A DNA stretch of 64,000 nucleotides from Patescibacteria group bacterium (GTDB lineage Bacteria; Patescibacteriota; WWE3; UBA101185; UBA10185). A program made the translations under genes and the position numbers. The DNA is taken from the NCBI GenBank assembly GCA_049322215.1, contig JBMORU010000001.1, positions 1,046,143 to 1,110,142 of the forward strand, given 5' to 3'. Of this stretch, positions 61,001 through 64,000 are shown in pieces (positions within the stretch are counted from its first letter, which is position 1; each line of letters begins with the position of its first letter). The notes beneath the pieces were generated by a model. It was not told where the DNA came from. It searched no databases and saw only the letters and a list, made by a program, of their open reading frames with translations.

Positions 61001-64000
61001 ACATAACATTATCTGACAATTATTGGCTAGGTTTAGGTACTTCCGCAGGAAGAATCGAATTTGATAACCAAGCTACCGATGAAATTAACTTTTTAGACGC
61101 TAATGTGGGCATTGGCACTTCTTCTCCTTCAGCTCTGTTAAGTGTTGGTGCAACTAATCAGTTTACAATAAATGGAAGTGGAGCAATAACTGCAGCTGCA
61201 GGAATTACTTCAAGTGGAAATATAACTTTCAGCGGTTTATCAACCGACGGTGTAGTTACGGTTTCATCAGGTTTGTTAGGCAGTGAAGCACAACTAGCAA
61301 TCGCTCGTGGTGGAACAAACTCTACCGCTACTCCTACTGCTGGTGCTATTGCTTACGGTACTGGTACTGCTTATGGATTTTCTAGCGCCGGTACTTCAGG
61401 TCAGTTATTACAAAGTAACGGTACTGGGGCACCAACTTGGGTAAACGCAGCAAGCGTAGGCACTAACTACTGGGATAGAACTGGTACTTTAGTTACTCCT
61501 TTGACAATTGCTGACAATATTGCCACATTAGGTAGCATAGGAGTTGGAACAACCAACCCAGCTGCTGCTTTATCCGTAGGCGCAGCAAGTGAATTTAGAG
61601 TTGACTCAAACGGTAACATTACAAGAATAAACGATGTAGCCTACTCTTTCCCTGCTTCGCAAGCAGCTGCTGATAATTATGTTTTAACAAATGATGGAAG
61701 TGGTAACCTAACTTGGGAATCTGTTAGTGGCGTTGGGGGTTTAACAGGCTCTGGAAGCAATGGGCAGTTGACATATTGGAATGGAGCCAATTCTTTAACC
61801 GGTAACTTCAATTTATTTTTAGATACTTCAAATACTCGGTTAGGTATTGGAACAAGCGCGCCAACAACTGCCTTAGATATAAATAATGGAAACATTACGT
61901 TATCTGACAATTATTGGCTAGGTTTAGGCACAGCTGCAGGAAGAATTGAATTTGACAACCAAGCTACCGATGAAATTAACTTTTTAGGTGCTAATGTTGG
62001 TATAGGAACTTCTTCCCCATCCGCTTTGTTAAGTGTGGGTGCAAGCAGTCAATTTACAGTAAACGGTAGTGGTGCAATTACCGCTGCTACAGGGATTACC
62101 TCAAGCGGTAACATAACTTTCAGCGGTTTATCAACCGATGGTGTGGTTACAGTTTCATCAGGCTTACTTGGAAGCGAAGCGCAACTAGCAATCGCTCGTG
62201 GTGGAACAAATTCTACCGCTACACCAACTGCTGGTGCTATTTCTTACGGTACTGGTACTGCTTATGGATTTTCTAGCGCCGGTACTTCAGGTCAGTTATT
62301 ACAAAGTAACGGTACTGGGGCACCAACTTGGGTAAACGCTTCAAGTGTAGGTACCAACTACTGGGATCGAACAGGTACTCTAGTTACTCCTTTAACAATT
62401 ACTGATAATATTGCAACTCTTGGAAATATAGGTATTGGTACAACAAATCCAGCCGCTGTTTTAAGTGTAGGTTCAACAAGTGAATTTAGAGTTGACTCAA
62501 ATGGCAACATCACAAGAATAAACGATGTAGCATACTCTTTCCCTGCTTCTCAGGCTGCCGCTGATAATTACGTTTTAACAAACGACGGAAGCGGTAATTT
62601 AACTTGGGAATCTGTAAGCGGTGTGGGCGGAATAACTGGATCTGGAAACAACGGGCAACTTACTTTTTGGAATGGTACTAACTCACTAAGTGGCTCTTAC
62701 GGACTATTTTTAGATACTTCAAATAACTATTTAGGAATTGGAACAAGTGCACCAAATACAGCGCTTGATATAAACAACGGAAATATAACGCTATCTGACA
62801 ATTACTGGTTAGGTTTAGGCACAGCTGCAGGAAGAGTTGAATTCGACAATCAAGCTACCGACGAAATTAACTTTTTAGGTGCTAATGTTGGTATAGGAAC
62901 TTCTTCTCCTTCAGCTTTGCTAAGCGTGGGCGCAGGTAACCAATTTACAGTAAATGGTAGCGGTGCAATTACTGCTGCAACAGGTATTACATCAAGTGGA
63001 AATATTACATTTAGTGGACTATCAACCGATGGTGTAGTTACAGTTTCATCAGGCTTACTAGGAAGTGAAGCACAACTTGCAATTGCTCGTGGCGGAACAA
63101 ATTCTACCGCTACTCCTACTGCTGGCGCTATTGCTTACGGTACTGGTACTGCCTACAACTTTAGCTCTGCAGGAACCTCAGGCCAACTATTACAAAGCAA
63201 CGGTACTGGAGCACCTACTTGGGTAAACTCCGACACTGTTGGTATAAACTACTGGGATAGAACTGGTACTTTAGTTACTCCTTTGACAATTACTGATAAT
63301 ATTGCAACTCTTGGAAATATAGGTATTGGTACAACAAATCCAGCTGCTGCGTTATCGGTTGGTTCAACAAGTGAATTTAGAGTTGACTCAAACGGCAACA
63401 TTACAAGAATAAACGATGTAGCCTACTCTTTCCCTGCTTCGCAAGCAGCTTCTGACAATTATGTTTTAACAAATGATGGTAGTGGTAACTTAACCTGGGA
63501 ATCTGTTAGTGGCGTTGGGGGTTTAACAGGCTCTGGTAGTACAGGACAATTAACATACTGGAACGGTGCGAATTCTTTAACAGGTGACTTCAACTTTTTC
63601 CTAGACTCAAACAATGCCAGACTCGGTATTGGTACTTCAGCACCTACTACCGCTTTAGATATAAATAATGGAAATATAACACTATCTGACAATTACTGGT
63701 TAGGTTTAGGAAGTGCTGCTGGAAGAATTGAATTTGATAACCAGGCTACCGACGAAATTAACTTTTTAGGCGCTAATGTGGGTATTGGCACTTCTTCTCC
63801 TTCAGCTCTATTAAGTGTTGGTGCGGGTAATCAATTTACTGTCAACGGTAGCGGAGCCATTACTGCCGCCACAGGTATAAACTCGAGCGGAAATATTACA
63901 TTTAGTGGACTTTCAACCGACGGCGTAGTTACAGTTTCTTCTGGCCTACTCGGTAGTGAGGCACAACTTGCAATTGCTCGTGGTGGAACAAACTCTACCG
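55072..64000 (+). CDS. Giant (>2,970 aa) repeat surface protein with N-terminal MerR-type HTH and one TM, runs off window end
   Basis: Frame open wherever hand-translated: SVSKAAKILKISPSTLRRLE...NGYRSF HTH, TM near 55480-55540, Gly/Thr/Ser-rich repeats with VGIGTxxP motifs; absent from track since it has no stop in window; alternative start 55045. Confidence 0.88.
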   Translation, partial: MSHDPAQRNKEIINNSISPRASEGLSVSKAAKILKISPSTLRRLEQNGKIKSTRAANGYRSFSIDEIRKLKVQLDKQDLLEKPELRVLEKQLKTNNNIKPSQKNIPVTEEIKTGQSYKQVIKPKYQLKNFNKLSNALQTATITLILVVILGAFGLKGTDTIKYKTVTNSVKGLLTTTNTSESLLDSDNTEDSAVLAERSQNPLWTFNINVPSTFRQDVQITQNLQIDQNANIDGIVTTPNVTFTGTGTINQLDAIDDITETTLENALDINGDVIGIGLNNVTIVDGAITVNKLADVLEYEGTLSIEGEFLLGGDSGSEGDILTSGGSGIPQWVAPSEINAGQVDGLSGDQFLRSDTSDEFTSGTLSLSNGTFLDLGTIDHTSTSPQGIRLPQSTAFTAPSSGEGYIAWDTASNTLVVYDGSSWSSIQGLFTNSGDLTYLSETTDNLTIGGTTSLAKLGISGDADEIQLLVRGNSTQTTDLVVFEQSDGTNVFSVNNNGTITIPSGQDLVIGSIGLGDTAASTTSGANLIGVYTDIFTNISPVGSDLQSVLETIDSSIGSGSSRWSTTSGTLHPNTLAENLAVGGTSPTAAPFGINVSSNTVYIGDAVTAGNTTLTFKSNSGASTGNLIYNTSDQFQFSGGNVVVDGQLITGSSVINLTTATGYLDADAIQLLNLGTGSTASSSGLEVSSDRIGLLQGCANGEVLKWNEASGLWQCATDSGASSAVVLVEENDVSVGTNVGTLDFINVFSLNESPSGEVNIDIADNALNFTELESALTLDTDTSINFYTGAADANLRYYNSNDATELLFIDGNNGRIGIGNTSPSALLGIGSTNQFTVNSSGAITAATGITSSGNITFSGLSTDGVVTVSSGLLDSEAQLAIARGGTNSTATPTAGAISYGTGTAYGFSTAGTSGQLLQSNGTGAPTWVDSDTVGINYWDRTGTLVTPLTITDNIATLGSIGVGTTNPAAALSVGATSEFRVDSNGNITRINDVAYSFPASQAAAPNYVLTNDGSGNLTWQSVSGVGGITGSGSTGQLTYWNASNSLTGNFNLFWNNSNSRLGIGTSAPATALDINNGNITLSDNYWLGLGTAAGRIEFDNQATDEINFLGANVGIGTSSPSSLLSVGATNQFTVNGSGAITAATGITSSGNITFSGLSTDGVVTVSSGLLGSEAQLAIARGGTNSTATPTAGAIAYGTGTAYGFSSAGTSGQLLQSNGTGAPTWINAASVGTNYWDRTGTLVTPLTITDNVATLGSIGIGTTNPAAALSVGGSSEFRVDTNGNITRINDVAYSFPASQAASDNYVLTNDGSGNLTWESVSGVGGLTGSGNTGQLTYWNAANSIAGNFNFFLDTTNNRLGIGTSAPTSALDINNGNITLSDNYWLGLGTAAGRIEFDNQATDEINFLGANVGIGTSSPSALLSVGAGSQFTVNGSGAVTAATGITSSGNITFSGLSTDGVVTVSSGLLGSEAQLATARGGTNSIATPTAGAISYGTGTAYNFSSAGTSGQLLQSNGTGAPTWINSASVGTNYWDRTGTLVTPLTISDDLASLGNVGIGLTNPIGALHVTGDEVRIGDAGTINFATADGDLYVEDALEVDGSTYLSTLYLAGTQVTSTAAELNLLDGSTAVLGGLVFGNGTYLTQDAANIFWDDSTNRLGIGTTGPQAALSVGATSEFRVDSTGNVTRINDIAYSFPASQAGASNYVLTNDGSGNLTWESVSGVGGLTGSGSTGQATFWNGTNALTGNFNYFWDNNTNRLGIGTSAPQASLSVGSSSEFRVDASGNVTRINDVVYSFPASQATSGNYVLTNDGSGNLTWESVSGVGGLTGSGNTGQLTYWNGTNALTGNFNLFWDTSTNRLGIGTSAPQASLSIGSASEFRVDSNGNVTRINDVAYSFPASQAASDNYVLTNDGSGNLTWESVSGVGGITGAGSNGQLTYWNGANSLTGNFDLFLDSNNSRLGIGTSAPTTALDINNGNITLSDNYWLGLGTSAGRIEFDNQATDEINFLDANVGIGTSSPSALLSVGATNQFTINGSGAITAAAGITSSGNITFSGLSTDGVVTVSSGLLGSEAQLAIARGGTNSTATPTAGAIAYGTGTAYGFSSAGTSGQLLQSNGTGAPTWVNAASVGTNYWDRTGTLVTPLTIADNIATLGSIGVGTTNPAAALSVGAASEFRVDSNGNITRINDVAYSFPASQAAADNYVLTNDGSGNLTWESVSGVGGLTGSGSNGQLTYWNGANSLTGNFNLFLDTSNTRLGIGTSAPTTALDINNGNITLSDNYWLGLGTAAGRIEFDNQATDEINFLGANVGIGTSSPSALLSVGASSQFTVNGSGAITAATGITSSGNITFSGLSTDGVVTVSSGLLGSEAQLAIARGGTNSTATPTAGAISYGTGTAYGFSSAGTSGQLLQSNGTGAPTWVNASSVGTNYWDRTGTLVTPLTITDNIATLGNIGIGTTNPAAVLSVGSTSEFRVDSNGNITRINDVAYSFPASQAAADNYVLTNDGSGNLTWESVSGVGGITGSGNNGQLTFWNGTNSLSGSYGLFLDTSNNYLGIGTSAPNTALDINNGNITLSDNYWLGLGTAAGRVEFDNQATDEINFLGANVGIGTSSPSALLSVGAGNQFTVNGSGAITAATGITSSGNITFSGLSTDGVVTVSSGLLGSEAQLAIARGGTNSTATPTAGAIAYGTGTAYNFSSAGTSGQLLQSNGTGAPTWVNSDTVGINYWDRTGTLVTPLTITDNIATLGNIGIGTTNPAAALSVGSTSEFRVDSNGNITRINDVAYSFPASQAASDNYVLTNDGSGNLTWESVSGVGGLTGSGSTGQLTYWNGANSLTGDFNFFLDSNNARLGIGTSAPTTALDINNGNITLSDNYWLGLGSAAGRIEFDNQATDEINFLGANVGIGTSSPSALLSVGAGNQFTVNGSGAITAATGINSSGNITFSGLSTDGVVTVSSGLLGSEAQLAIARGGTNST
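57500..64000 (+). repeat. Coding tandem repeats of 891 bp (297 aa) with an internal 303-bp sub-repeat block
   Basis: YWDRTGTLVTPLT marker at 57880, 58771, 59662, 61468, 62359, 63250; RIND marker at 60127, 60430, 60733. Confidence 0.95.

Noticed and set aside
55245-63692. Minus-strand ORFs, including repeated 77-aa ones
   Set aside because: Antisense shadows of the repeats in the giant plus-strand gene.
57500-64000. Diversity-generating retroelement template/variable repeats
   Set aside because: Repeats are in-frame tandem units with mostly synonymous differences, not adenine-specific ones, and no reverse transcriptase is in the window.

Overview
Low-GC bacterial chromosome segment in genetic code 11, most likely from a CPR/Patescibacteria organism of the Microgenomates/WWE3 type. 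This is inferred from the shortened core proteins, the lack of rplI after rpsF-ssb-rpsR, and a giant MerR-HTH-led surface protein. It carries core genes (htrA, ctpA, rpsF-ssb-rpsR, ychF, cysS, recR, dnaX, pth, ybeY, rpsU, rseP, frr, tsf, rpsB, glyA, topA, dprA, mreBCD-mrdA, def-fmt, rpmB, folD, secE-nusG-rplK-rplA), four tRNAs and a probable 6S RNA. Four observations stand out. (1) An F1-type ATPase operon has no subunit a, and its c-like subunit has no acidic proton-binding residue and is fused to an exported domain; it lies divergent from a >2,970-aa protein built of 297-aa repeats. (2) An unrecognised ~250-nt structured ncRNA has its own sigma70 promoter and loops displaying anti-Shine-Dalgarno sequence. 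(3) Many first-in-unit core genes look leaderless, whereas scattered single-gene orphan units have AAGGAGA ribosome-binding sites, long hairpin terminators and often an ACTATAGG motif at the promoter. (4) Three cassette-like units after tRNA-Trp share left and right ends, and two carry headless ORFs. All calls come from reading the sequence; no searches or folding programs were run.
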